Source: Chloroflexota bacterium
GTDB taxonomy: Bacteria > Chloroflexota > UBA6077 > CF-72
Reading direction: 5' to 3'
NCBI GenBank assembly: GCA_019247515.1
Contig: JAFAOS010000340.1
Span: 315 to 64,314 of the forward strand
DNA: 64,000 nt
The notes beneath the pieces are model-generated. The model saw only the letters and a program-made list of their open reading frames with translations. It was not told the DNA's origin and made no database searches. Positions 43,508 through 52,574 of the stretch are shown piece after piece. How positions within the stretch are numbered: position 1 is the first letter of the stretch; each line of letters starts with the position of its first letter. Both the position numbers and the translations under genes were made by a program.

Positions 43508-45415
43508 GTGCCCGCATTCGTCGGCCGGCGATGGGAGCTGGACCGGTTGCGGGGCGCCTTCGCGGCCGCCGAGGGCGGCCGGGGTTCGCTGCTCATGCTC
43601 ATGGGAGAGCCAGGTATCGGCAAGACCGCCCTGTGCGAGCAGCTTGCGGCGTACGCCCGCGGGCGCGGCGCGCGAGTGGCCGTTGGGCATTGTTATAGCG
43701 CGGACTCGCCGGTTCCATATCGCGCGTTTGCGGAGGCGATCGGGAACATCGTAGCGAACCTCGACCCTTCCACCCTGCGTGCGAAAGCCGGGAACAGCGC
43801 ATTTGCTGTCGCGCGCCTCCTGCCCGAACTTGCGGCGGTGCTCGACCTGCCGGCTGACAGTCCGGACGAGCAGCTCGCGGCTGCTCGTGCCGCGCGGGTC
43901 TACGCCTACCACGATGCGGCGCATCACCTGGAGTGCGCCGTCGAAATTCACGCAACACTGGACGGGCGGGATGCGGCTAGGCATTGCGACCTGTTGCTCG
44001 GAATCGCCGAGGTTCTCGTGTTTGCCGGCGTCGCTCGCAGGGCGGCCAAGGAAGTCGCGCCAGCTGCCTTCGAGCTCGCGACTGATGTGTCAGATCGGCA
44101 CCGTGCGTTCCGGGCATGCAGTCTGGCGCTCGACGCGCTTCAGGTGCTGGGCAGCGCATCAGCTGAAACGTTGCCGAGCTGGCTCCTCTGGGCCGAACGC
44201 GCGGATAGCTATGCGGAACCAGACACCGGTGAACGAATTCGGGCTGACGTGGTTCTCGCCGCGGCGAGGTCGGTCCGCGGACGCCGTGATGAAGCGCTCT
44301 ATCTCTGGTCACGTGCTCTGACTCAGGCGCGGCGCCAGAACGACGAGGTTGGGAAATTTGAGGCGGGCACCGAGGTGCGCGACGTCGCGGTCGAAGCGCA
44401 CGCGCGCGGATACCACGTAGGCACACAAGTGATGGGGCCTTACCGCGACTCGATCCAGTGCCTGCTGGATGGGCGTTTGAACGAGGCGATTGCTCTCTGT
44501 CAACTGGCTATTGATCGCGCCACTGACGGCGGTCCGCGCGTGTTGGGGTTGTTGGGGGCAATGTTCCACTTGCGGTTGCCGCTCATGTATTTGGGCGACA
44601 CTGAGCGCTACGTCGACGTGGTGCGAGCCTACCAGGCAGCCGCGGGCACGCCTCGGGTGGAGGCTGCGCTACTGCTTGCGCTCGGACTGTCTGGGAGCGG
44701 ACGAGTGCAGGAAGCGATCGCCGGCGGAGAAGCGACTGGCGTCGATAGTCTGGACGATCGACCCTTGTTGGAACTGGTCTTACGGCTCGAGCTAGCGCTC
44801 TGCACCGGCGATGCCGCCGCGGCACGCGAGCTCGCCGAACGCCTTGCGCCGGTAGTTCATCTGACGACCGTCGATGGCTGTACCCAGTCAGTTGCCAGGC
44901 TCGTCGGCAGTGTGCTGCGATTGCAGGGTGACTTCGACCGCGCACGCGCTGACTTCCAGCTCGCACTTGTCGGTTCGCAGCGCATCGGCTACCGACCGGA
45001 GGTCGCTCTGACTCAACTAGAGCTCGCCGAACTGCTGCTGGATTACTACCCGGATGAGCGGCATGTCGCCCGTGCGCATCTCGAGTCGGCTGCATCGGAG
45101 TTCCGGGCGATGCGGATGCAGCCGTTCGTGGCGCGTGCCGACGCGCGGCTCGAAGCAGACCGAGACGGTATGCCGGCGGAACTCAGGGCCGGCGGGCTCA
45201 CTCGTCGCGAAGGCGACGTCGCCGGCTTGATCGCCGCGGGGCGCAGCAATCGCGAGATCGCCAGGGAGCTCGTGATCTCGGAAGGGACTGTGGAGGTCCA
45301 CGTCAAGCACATTCTGAGCAAGTTGGCGTTCAGATCGCGCTCGCAGGTGGCGGTCTGGGCGTCACAGCACGGCCTGCATCTGCAGACCGCCAGTGCGCCT
45401 GGACACCAACCTTAG
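43508..45415 (+). CDS. LuxR family regulator with an N-terminal P-loop remnant and helical repeats (shortened LAL/MalT-like)
   Basis: FVGRRWELDRLRGAF...LMLMGEPGIGKTALCEQL (Walker A). C-terminal LTRREGDVAGLIAAGRSNREIARELVISEGTVEVHVKHILSKL. Only 635 aa. Confidence 0.8.
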   Translation: MPAFVGRRWELDRLRGAFAAAEGGRGSLLMLMGEPGIGKTALCEQLAAYARGRGARVAVGHCYSADSPVPYRAFAEAIGNIVANLDPSTLRAKAGNSAFAVARLLPELAAVLDLPADSPDEQLAAARAARVYAYHDAAHHLECAVEIHATLDGRDAARHCDLLLGIAEVLVFAGVARRAAKEVAPAAFELATDVSDRHRAFRACSLALDALQVLGSASAETLPSWLLWAERADSYAEPDTGERIRADVVLAAARSVRGRRDEALYLWSRALTQARRQNDEVGKFEAGTEVRDVAVEAHARGYHVGTQVMGPYRDSIQCLLDGRLNEAIALCQLAIDRATDGGPRVLGLLGAMFHLRLPLMYLGDTERYVDVVRAYQAAAGTPRVEAALLLALGLSGSGRVQEAIAGGEATGVDSLDDRPLLELVLRLELALCTGDAAAARELAERLAPVVHLTTVDGCTQSVARLVGSVLRLQGDFDRARADFQLALVGSQRIGYRPEVALTQLELAELLLDYYPDERHVARAHLESAASEFRAMRMQPFVARADARLEADRDGMPAELRAGGLTRREGDVAGLIAAGRSNREIARELVISEGTVEVHVKHILSKLAFRSRSQVAVWASQHGLHLQTASAPGHQP

Positions 45416-45441
45416 CGTAGCGTTAGGGACGCGTGCGCCGG

Positions 45442-46707
45442 TCAGATGCGATGAAACGAGCCACCCAAACCAAAGACGGTGAGACTCCTGGTTTGCCTGG
45501 TCCCGGCCACCGGTCCCTTCGCGGTATGCGTCGAATCCCCGGCGGATTCCGCGGTATCAATCTCGATCACGGGATCGCCGCCGGCGTTGCTCGCGCGGCG
45601 GACGGCCGTGACGATTTTGACGTGTTTGCCGCTATTGAGCACCCACGCGTCACCAGGTTGTAAGTCCGTCGGGTGGGCCACCAGAGGTCCACTCTCGAAG
45701 CTCTTGGCGTTGCGCTCCTCGTGGCTCAGCGCCTTGGGCAGCTTGCCCTCCGGCACGCCCAGGGCCCGCAATTCCTTGCGCACCTCATCCCGGGCTTTGA
45801 TAGCCGCTTGCAGGACGAAGCCCGAGCAATCCACGCCAACGCCGTTGTCCAGCACCCAGCTCTGGACGACCGCCGCGGCGTCACCGTCGCTCAGATCGCT
45901 CAATTGCTTGCTCGCGGGCAGCGTGCCCTGCTGCAGCGCGTACTTGCGCACTGCGCCATTGTTGAGAGCCTCCTGTGTGAATTGACGGACATTGTCAGGA
46001 GTAGATTTGCCGACGAGCGCCGCCGAACCACCCCCGTACGCCTTACCTCCCGACTGGATTGTGCTCGGCGAACCGCTTGCATTGACAGCCTTGACAATCT
46101 TCGAGAACTGTGAGGCATCACGCGCGCTCTGGACGTGCGCTTTTGCGGCGTCGGTATTGATGTAGTACGCCGCGTGAAACGTGACCTGCTTCGGCGCTGG
46201 CGGGCCCACCTGGCCGGCCGGCAGGGGCTGGGATGTGCCGGGAACAAAGACCGAGATCGTTTGGAATTGCGTGAGCAGCGAGCTCACCTGCTCGGCGGTG
46301 ATCTTCCCAACCAGAGCCTGCGTCAGCTTCTCGAGCTCCACGCGCAACGCTGGCGCCAGCCCGCGAAGCGGCCCGATGGGGAACCTCAGCATGTAATCCA
46401 GGACCACGTACTCCATGCGTAGATCGGCGACGCTCATGCTGTCGTAGTCGATCTGCTGGGGCGTGGCCTGATCCGGCGGAGCCGCGGCAGTCCCCGGCGG
46501 CGCGGAGGCTGGCGCCGGCTGCCGCTGAACGTGACTTGCCGCGCGGCCGCACAATAATCGCTGAACGGCGTGGTTGCCGATCTCGCCTTGAAGCTGCAAG
46601 ACGGCTTCGACGGCGGTAGGTATGCCTCGCTCGACGAGTGGCTGTTTCACCACCGACTGCGGCGCGCGGTCAGCGCTGGATGTTGCAGGCGTGCGGGTAC
46701 TGGTCAC
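45442..46707 (-). CDS. NlpC/P60-like (papain-fold) protein with an N-terminal GNHAVQRLL motif and no signal peptide
   Basis: N-terminal LQLQGEIGNHAVQRLL, then a Pro/Ala linker. C-terminal VDCSGFVLQAAI (Cys) and LQPGDAWVLNSGKHVKIV (His) are arranged as in NlpC/P60 hydrolases. Confidence 0.6.
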   Translation of the reverse strand: MTSTRTPATSSADRAPQSVVKQPLVERGIPTAVEAVLQLQGEIGNHAVQRLLCGRAASHVQRQPAPASAPPGTAAAPPDQATPQQIDYDSMSVADLRMEYVVLDYMLRFPIGPLRGLAPALRVELEKLTQALVGKITAEQVSSLLTQFQTISVFVPGTSQPLPAGQVGPPAPKQVTFHAAYYINTDAAKAHVQSARDASQFSKIVKAVNASGSPSTIQSGGKAYGGGSAALVGKSTPDNVRQFTQEALNNGAVRKYALQQGTLPASKQLSDLSDGDAAAVVQSWVLDNGVGVDCSGFVLQAAIKARDEVRKELRALGVPEGKLPKALSHEERNAKSFESGPLVAHPTDLQPGDAWVLNSGKHVKIVTAVRRASNAGGDPVIEIDTAESAGDSTHTAKGPVAGTRQTRSLTVFGLGGSFHRI

Positions 46708-46787
46708 GGTAGTCGTCCGAAGGGCACCACTATACGCTTGATTCCTGGGCTGTCCAGTGGGCCCGACGAGGCGGGTGTGACCGGAGT

Positions 46788-47753
46788 TTATGGCCGCGGC
46801 GTTGGCGTCGGCGCCGCGCCGATGAACACCGGCACGGAGACCGCTGTCTCACGGCCGGTTACCGACGACTGCGCGTACGCGTAGAAATCGTGGCCACCGG
46901 CAATCGAGTCTGGAATGGTCACCTGGGCCCGGAAGACGCCAGGCGCGCCAACCTCGACGCTGCCCAACGCGATGCCGCCCGCGTCGCGATTGCCGATGAA
47001 GAACGACACCTGCGAGATGCCCGAGCCGCTGGTCGCCGCGGGATCGTAAGCGAGCCCTGTAACGGAGTAGGCGCCATGCGCCAGCACGTCGTTGGCCGCC
47101 GGGTTACCGAGCGACAGGACCGGTCCCTGACTGCTTCCCGCGAGGATGGATGGCTGGCTCAGGCCCGGCACGGGCGTAGCCTGACCCGGCTGGGCCATCG
47201 GCGCGGCAGGCGCACCCGTCTGGCTCGCCCCCACGCAGGTGATGATCGCCTGCGGGGTGGGGGTGGGCGTGGCGCCGGCGGCCTCTGGGCCGGGCGTCGG
47301 ACGGGCTCCGATGTGGACGGGCACCGAGACGGTGGTCACCGCGTTGGAGGCGGCGGAATACGCATAGGCCACGAAGTCCGCGCCGCGATCGATCGACGGC
47401 AGGGTGACCTCGATAGAGAACTCGCGGGGGGAGCTGGCGGTGCCGGGGTAAGCGCGGCCGAGCAAAGTCCCACCCGCGTCACGTGCGCCCAGGAAGAAGT
47501 CGACGTGGCTAATGCCCGAGCCGCTCAAGCCATTCAGGAACGAGGGGACGTATGCCGCGCCCGTAACCACGTAGCCCCCGGCCGACAGGAGATCGCCAGG
47601 ATGGGGATTGCCTAACGACAGCGACGGGCAATCCGATGGCGTGGACGGAGTCGTCTGCGCTCCGGCGGGAGCGCTCAGCGCTCCGACCGCCAGTAGCGCC
47701 AACACGCTGCTCAGGCTAAGCCAGGTGAGCAGTCGAGATGGTCCTTTCGACAC
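46788..47753 (-). CDS. Secreted protein with two tandem Ig-like/beta-sandwich repeats
   Basis: Signal peptide MSKGPSRLLTWLSLSSVLALLAVGALSAPAGA. The repeats LSLGNPHPGDLLSAGGYVVTGAAY...GISHVDFFLGARDAGG... and LSLGNPAANDVLAHGAYSVTGLAY...GISQVSFFIGNRDAGG... are separated by a Pro/Thr linker. Confidence 0.7.
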   Translation of the reverse strand: MSKGPSRLLTWLSLSSVLALLAVGALSAPAGAQTTPSTPSDCPSLSLGNPHPGDLLSAGGYVVTGAAYVPSFLNGLSGSGISHVDFFLGARDAGGTLLGRAYPGTASSPREFSIEVTLPSIDRGADFVAYAYSAASNAVTTVSVPVHIGARPTPGPEAAGATPTPTPQAIITCVGASQTGAPAAPMAQPGQATPVPGLSQPSILAGSSQGPVLSLGNPAANDVLAHGAYSVTGLAYDPAATSGSGISQVSFFIGNRDAGGIALGSVEVGAPGVFRAQVTIPDSIAGGHDFYAYAQSSVTGRETAVSVPVFIGAAPTPTPRP

Positions 47754-47939
47754 GGAGTCAACTCCTCTACAAACAGAGTTACGTCGGCCAGCCGACCGCG
47801 GCGTCGTTCAGCGCCTTTCCCGTCCAGTCAGGGTGACAACCGCGGAGCGTATCACAGCCTGCGCATCGGTCGGTCGCGACGCGGCGCCCTCGGGGTAGTG
47901 CGGCACTACCCCGCGAGTCCTGAGCTCGCCCCGTTCTGC

Positions 47940-48695
47940 TCAGGAGGCTGAATCGATGACGTCGTTGAGCTCGCTCTCGAAATAGGGAGCCGGTGCGCCG
48001 GGCGTCGACACCGACGGATTGCCTGTCGAGCACCACATGGTGCCTGTCGTACCCGTTGGGGTCGGTGGGGCAGACTCGTTGGCGTCCGGGCCAGCGACGA
48101 TTTCGTCGTACTGTGCGCCCGTGATCGCAATGTTGAACCCGCCGCTCACCAGCGTGTCCCTGGCGTTATTGGCGACCTGCGTGCCAGTGATCACCGCCGA
48201 GTCCCGGGTCACCGAGTCAGCCACTTCGAGCGCAACGGTCGCGGTCGAGACCGTGTCCGACTCCAGCCCGTGGCGCAATGAAACCGATCCGCTGATCGTG
48301 CCAGGGTCCAGATTCTGCCCGCCCGGGCCGACCATGACCGACATGGTCGTGCTGTGAATGTTGCCGCGGGAGTCCATGCTGTGCGGTCCGGCGCACTTCG
48401 CAAGCAGCGCCTCCGGGGTGGCAACAGATGCATGCGCCGTCCTTTCCAGGTTGCCGCTCGGGGTGGTGATGCGGTAGGCCTCGAACAACGCGAAGCGCAG
48501 GCTACCGAGGTCCGGGCGCTGGTTGGGGGTGATGCAGCGCGTGGTGGCATCCGCGCAGTACTGCTCTTTAGATTCGATTTCGTACGCGGCTGGACCACTG
48601 AGATCGGCCAGCACCGGCGCGGCAGAAACCATCACGCTGGCAACGGCGATGATGGAAGGGGCAATGAAGCCAGCGGCTCGTCTCTTCAAAATCAT
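47940..48695 (-). CDS. Secreted hypothetical protein (251 aa)
   Basis: ORF 47940-49112 trimmed to the ATG at 48695, because the longer version overlaps the ABC permease gene. MILKRRAAGFIAPSIIAVASVMVSAAPVLA is a signal peptide. Four Cys. Confidence 0.6.
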   Translation of the reverse strand: MILKRRAAGFIAPSIIAVASVMVSAAPVLADLSGPAAYEIESKEQYCADATTRCITPNQRPDLGSLRFALFEAYRITTPSGNLERTAHASVATPEALLAKCAGPHSMDSRGNIHSTTMSVMVGPGGQNLDPGTISGSVSLRHGLESDTVSTATVALEVADSVTRDSAVITGTQVANNARDTLVSGGFNIAITGAQYDEIVAGPDANESAPPTPTGTTGTMWCSTGNPSVSTPGAPAPYFESELNDVIDSAS

Positions 48696-48743
48696 AGACG
48701 CGTACAATACACGCGAGTTCAGGACAGAATCACGAGAATTACC

Positions 48744-48761
48744 CACTTCACACACTTCACA
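48744..48761 (-). promoter_or_regulatory. Tandem 9-bp direct repeat (TGTGAAGTG x2 on the minus strand) upstream of the secreted-protein operon
   Basis: The plus strand reads CACTTCACACACTTCACA. It lies 49-66 nt upstream of ATG 48695, inside the only clearly AT-richer intergenic stretch (48696-48793). Confidence 0.3.
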
Positions 48762-48793
48762 ACCAGAATTCGACCTGTGTGTGACTCTGCTGC

Positions 48794-49651
48794 TCAGTAC
48801 TTCAGCGCACCCTCTTGCAGACCGCGCATGTACCAGCGCTGGGTGAAGGCGAAGGCCGCCAGACCGGGGGCCACGGCAATGACGTAGACCGCCGCGATGC
48901 GGGGCCAGGCCCACTGGCCCATGCCGCCGAACGCGCTGGCGAGCACCACGGGCAGAGTGCGGACCTCCTGGTCGTTTGTCAGCGTGAGCGCCAGCAAGTA
49001 TTCGCCCCAGGCAGTTACGAAGTTCACGATTATTACCACGACGATGCCATTGCGCGTCAGCGGCAGAAGGATCGCAAACAGGGTGCGCCATGCTCCAGCA
49101 CCATCGATGCACGCCGCGTCCACCAGCTCATGCGAGATCTGCTCGAATACGCCACGCATGATGAACACGCTCAGCGCCAGGTTGAGCGTCACGTACGGCA
49201 GGATGAGTCCGGCGGTGGTATTGATGAGTCCCAGCCCGCGCTGGATCTCGAAAATGGCGATCAACGACGTGACGCGGGTTGGGAAGAACATGGATGCCAC
49301 GAGCAATCCGAGGACAAGCGCCCGTCCAGGCAAAGCCAGATGCACCAGTGCGTAACCACCCAGGACCGCGCAGGCGGTGGTGATCGCAATCGTGCCAGTC
49401 GTGACCAGGACGCTGTTGAGCATGTTGCGCCCCAGCGTCGGGATGTTCGTCAGTGCGAACGCGTAGTGGCTGAAGTCGAAGTGCTGCGGCCAGAAACCAG
49501 GGCGGTAGGCATCCGGTATCGACTTGATCGACAGCAGCAAGACCCACGCCAGTGGCAGCAAGATGATGAGCATGAAGGCGATGAGCACCGCGTGGCGGAG
49601 CACGGTGCCGATACTCAGCCGCTGATAGCGGCGCGCTCCGACGCTAATCAC
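48794..49651 (-). CDS. Carbohydrate ABC transporter permease (MalG-like)
   Basis: GTG at 49651 overlaps the upstream stop (GTGATTAG). EAA loop LVDAACIDGAGAWRTLFAILLPL. Six predicted TM helices. Confidence 0.85.
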   Translation of the reverse strand: MISVGARRYQRLSIGTVLRHAVLIAFMLIILLPLAWVLLLSIKSIPDAYRPGFWPQHFDFSHYAFALTNIPTLGRNMLNSVLVTTGTIAITTACAVLGGYALVHLALPGRALVLGLLVASMFFPTRVTSLIAIFEIQRGLGLINTTAGLILPYVTLNLALSVFIMRGVFEQISHELVDAACIDGAGAWRTLFAILLPLTRNGIVVVIIVNFVTAWGEYLLALTLTNDQEVRTLPVVLASAFGGMGQWAWPRIAAVYVIAVAPGLAAFAFTQRWYMRGLQEGALKY

Positions 49652-50588
49652 GTGATCGAAACACCCAGAACAGTCCGGCGACGACGACCAGCATCGCCGC
49701 CGCCCCGATCCATCCAATGGCCGCTGCATAACCCTGGAACCAGTCGCCAAGCTGGAACGCGGTGTCCCACATGTAGACCGTCCAGGTGTAGGTTGGCAAT
49801 GCGCGATTGAATCCGCCCAGGATCAGGTACTCGTCGATGACCGCCATGGCGGTCCCAAAACGCAAGACCACCAGGACCAGCAAGATGGGCCGCAAGCGGG
49901 GCAGCGTGACGTGCCAGAAGAGGTTCCATTCATTGGAGCCGTCTACTCGCGCCGCTTCGAAAAGCTCATGGGGGATGCCCGCCAGTCCGGCGAGGTAAAA
50001 CATCGTGTGGTAGCCAAGGCCCCACCACACTTCCATGATGGCGATCGCCGGCAAGATCAAGCGTGGATCGCCCAGCCACTGAGGCGCGGTCTGGGCCGTT
50101 ACGAGCCCAGTTTGCACGAGCAAGTAGTCGATCGGCCCGATGTTGAAGTTGTACAGCCACTTCCAGAGCACGAAGATCAGGGGCCCGGGAATGACCGCGG
50201 GGATCAGCAGGATCAGTCGATACGTCGTCGCGAGCACCGGCTGGGTCACGCGGTCGACCAGGATCGCCAGGAGCATCGGGAGGAAAATCATGCCTGGCAG
50301 AAAGAGCGCGGTGAAGATGACCGCGCGCCAGAGGCCGGTCCACATGACCGGGTCCGCCAGCGCGGCAGCATAATTCTGCAAGCCGACCCAGTTGGCGGGT
50401 TGATTGCGCAGGAAGTGGAAGTCGGTGAAGCTCATCCACAGCACGCGCAGGATGGGGTAGACCTGCCAGCCGATGAAGAACACGAGCGTGGGGATGAGAA
50501 AGACCCAACCCGTGTTGCGCCGGGCGAGCGCCGCCGCCCGCCCGGTCGCGACTCCGGAGCGCAACCCGAGGGTGGTCGTCGAGGCCAC
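49644..50588 (-). CDS. Carbohydrate ABC transporter permease (MalF-like)
   Basis: EAA loop LFEAARVDGSNEWNLFWHVTLPRLRP. Multi-TM. Confidence 0.85.
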   Translation of the reverse strand: MASTTTLGLRSGVATGRAAALARRNTGWVFLIPTLVFFIGWQVYPILRVLWMSFTDFHFLRNQPANWVGLQNYAAALADPVMWTGLWRAVIFTALFLPGMIFLPMLLAILVDRVTQPVLATTYRLILLIPAVIPGPLIFVLWKWLYNFNIGPIDYLLVQTGLVTAQTAPQWLGDPRLILPAIAIMEVWWGLGYHTMFYLAGLAGIPHELFEAARVDGSNEWNLFWHVTLPRLRPILLVLVVLRFGTAMAVIDEYLILGGFNRALPTYTWTVYMWDTAFQLGDWFQGYAAAIGWIGAAAMLVVVAGLFWVFRSRD

Positions 50589-50619
50589 TCAAGAGCCTCC
50601 GCGGACCAGCACTACACTT

Positions 50620-51963
50620 CTAGCCGCTCTGCTTGGCCTGCGCCTGGACCGCGTCGAACGCGGCTTGCATGGCCACGTGCGGATCCGACTCTTCGCCGGT
50701 GATGTATTTCTCCCAGTACGGCTGACCGATATTGAACTGCGTCAGACCGAACTTCTGATTGGGTATCGCCCTGGCAACCTGCAGCTGGCTGAACACCAGC
50801 GGCACCCAATTCTGCATCCAGTCCGGAGGCGATGCGTTCCAGCCGGCGTAGATCGACTGATACGGCGGCAGTTGGCCGGGGTGCGCCGTCGGCGTGCCGC
50901 TGATCGAGTCCTTCCAGATGCCAGGGTCATAAGAGAGCGTTTTCATGTACGCGGCGGCCTGGTCCTTGTTCTGCCCGTATTTGAACAGGCAGGCGCCCGT
51001 CGTCCAGAACACCGTCGCGCCCTCGCCACCCTGTGGCTTCGGAAGTGGTCCAAGCTGCAGCTGATTCGGATCGGGCCACGTCGCGGCGAAGCGAAGTGGA
51101 GCATTTTGATACTTCACGTAGTACGTCGCCTGTTGGGCGGCGAACGCATTCTCGTCTGGAGTGTCGTTGACGCCGGCGTCCGTGGTACCCGGATTCAGCA
51201 CGTTGGGTGCAGACAGCGCCTTCATCTTCTTCATGACATCCAGCGCCTGGATGGCCGGGTCACTGGTGAAGTCGAAAAACAGGTCGGGCGTATAGACGTT
51301 GGTGCTGATGCTGTGCGTGATCGGCGCGAGCGAGCGCCAGCCGTGCGCGTCGAAAACGACGCCGTAGGGTGCGGCCCCGCTGGTGACAACTTGCTGCGAG
51401 TCGGCGAGGACGTCGTCCCAGGTCATCGGCATCGAGCTGATGCCGGCCTGGCTGCTCTGGCCGGCGTTCCAGCCCATGATGATGATGTCGAGCAGGAAGG
51501 GCCAGCTGTACAGGTGGCCGTCGACCGTGCACTCGTTGCGAATGGACGGAATGAGATCGTTCAGAACGTCTTGCGGAATGTAGTTGTCCCACGGTTCGAT
51601 CACGTCGGCCGCGATCAGCGATGACATCTCGACAAAAGGTGTCATACCAACGTAGACGTCCCAGGTGCTGTTCTTGTCGCGCGCCTCGGCAACGAAGCGG
51701 TCGATGCCGAAACCCTGGACTGGCGCGATCTGGAAGTTCAGTGGCGCGGTGGCCTTGAACGCGTCGTTCACCTGCGGAACGGATGGATGCAGGTCGATGA
51801 TCCACTGGTAGAACGTGGGCGTGAGCGGTCTGGAGGTGGTTTGGGCCAACGGCGCGACACGCGCTGGCGCCGCGAGTGCCCCACCCGCGGGTGCCATCGA
51901 CACCGCGAGCAAACCTCCGACGACTGGAGCACCGACCTCAACCAGAAGCTGCCGTCGACTCAA
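50620..51963 (-). CDS. Extracellular solute-binding protein, family 1 (sugar ABC transporter)
   Basis: MSRRQLLVEVGAPVVGGLLAVSMAPAGGALAA is a Tat-like signal. The gene is first in an operon with the two permeases. No ATPase gene is present. Confidence 0.85.
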   Translation of the reverse strand: MSRRQLLVEVGAPVVGGLLAVSMAPAGGALAAPARVAPLAQTTSRPLTPTFYQWIIDLHPSVPQVNDAFKATAPLNFQIAPVQGFGIDRFVAEARDKNSTWDVYVGMTPFVEMSSLIAADVIEPWDNYIPQDVLNDLIPSIRNECTVDGHLYSWPFLLDIIIMGWNAGQSSQAGISSMPMTWDDVLADSQQVVTSGAAPYGVVFDAHGWRSLAPITHSISTNVYTPDLFFDFTSDPAIQALDVMKKMKALSAPNVLNPGTTDAGVNDTPDENAFAAQQATYYVKYQNAPLRFAATWPDPNQLQLGPLPKPQGGEGATVFWTTGACLFKYGQNKDQAAAYMKTLSYDPGIWKDSISGTPTAHPGQLPPYQSIYAGWNASPPDWMQNWVPLVFSQLQVARAIPNQKFGLTQFNIGQPYWEKYITGEESDPHVAMQAAFDAVQAQAKQSG

Positions 51964-52109
51964 ACGGCGGTCGGTCTGACGCCCTGGCGCATGTGCCAGA
52001 TGAGCCCCCTCTTCCTACGGAGTCTTCGGCCGCATCGTGCCCGTTTGTAAAGGGTCTGTCAAGTGAGCGCCACGCGAATCACGTGGCACGTGATCGCTGC
52101 TCCAGGCCG

Positions 52110-52565
52110 TCAGCGTGGCTGGTTGCGCGCCTGCGCCGCGGTCTGGCGCGGACTGACCGCCTCGTGGCACGCCTCGCACATGGCGACTGCCCGCACGGGG
52201 TGGCCGCAGGCGCGGTGCTCGAGCACGACCGGGCCGCCGCTCGCGTCGGCGGCGTAGCGATCGCCCCACTGCATGAGTCCGAGCAGCACCGGCTGAAGGT
52301 CGAGGCCCTTGCGAGTGAGGTGGTACTCGAAGCGGGGCGGGTGCTCTTCATAGAGACGCTTTTCGAGCACACGATGTTCGACCAGCCGCTTCAGCCGAGC
52401 CGCGAGCACGTTGCGAGCGATGCCGAGGTGCTCCTGGATCTGGTCGAACCGATGCGCGCCCAGGAAGACGTCGCGCAGCACGAGGATGCTCCAGGTGTCG
52501 CCCAGCACGTCCAGCGTGCGCGCGACGGAGCAGGCCGAGGGGTCGAATTCGGGGTACGCCGGCAT
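52110..52565 (-). CDS. HxlR family transcriptional regulator with a Cys/His-rich C-terminal tail
   Basis: Internal ATG 52565. CSVARTLDVLGDTWSILVLRDVFLGAHRFDQIQEHLGIARNVLAARLKRLVEHRVLEK is the HxlR winged helix. The tail is HRACGHPVRAVAMCEACHE. Confidence 0.8.
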   Translation of the reverse strand: MPAYPEFDPSACSVARTLDVLGDTWSILVLRDVFLGAHRFDQIQEHLGIARNVLAARLKRLVEHRVLEKRLYEEHPPRFEYHLTRKGLDLQPVLLGLMQWGDRYAADASGGPVVLEHRACGHPVRAVAMCEACHEAVSPRQTAAQARNQPR

Positions 52566-52574
52566 CCACCACAA

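Noticed and set aside
52068-52087. Hairpin GCCACG-CGAATCA-CGTGGC just downstream of the HxlR stop, considered as a terminator
   Set aside because: It is not followed by a T-tract on the relevant (minus) strand and has only a 6-bp stem. Not supportable as an intrinsic terminator.
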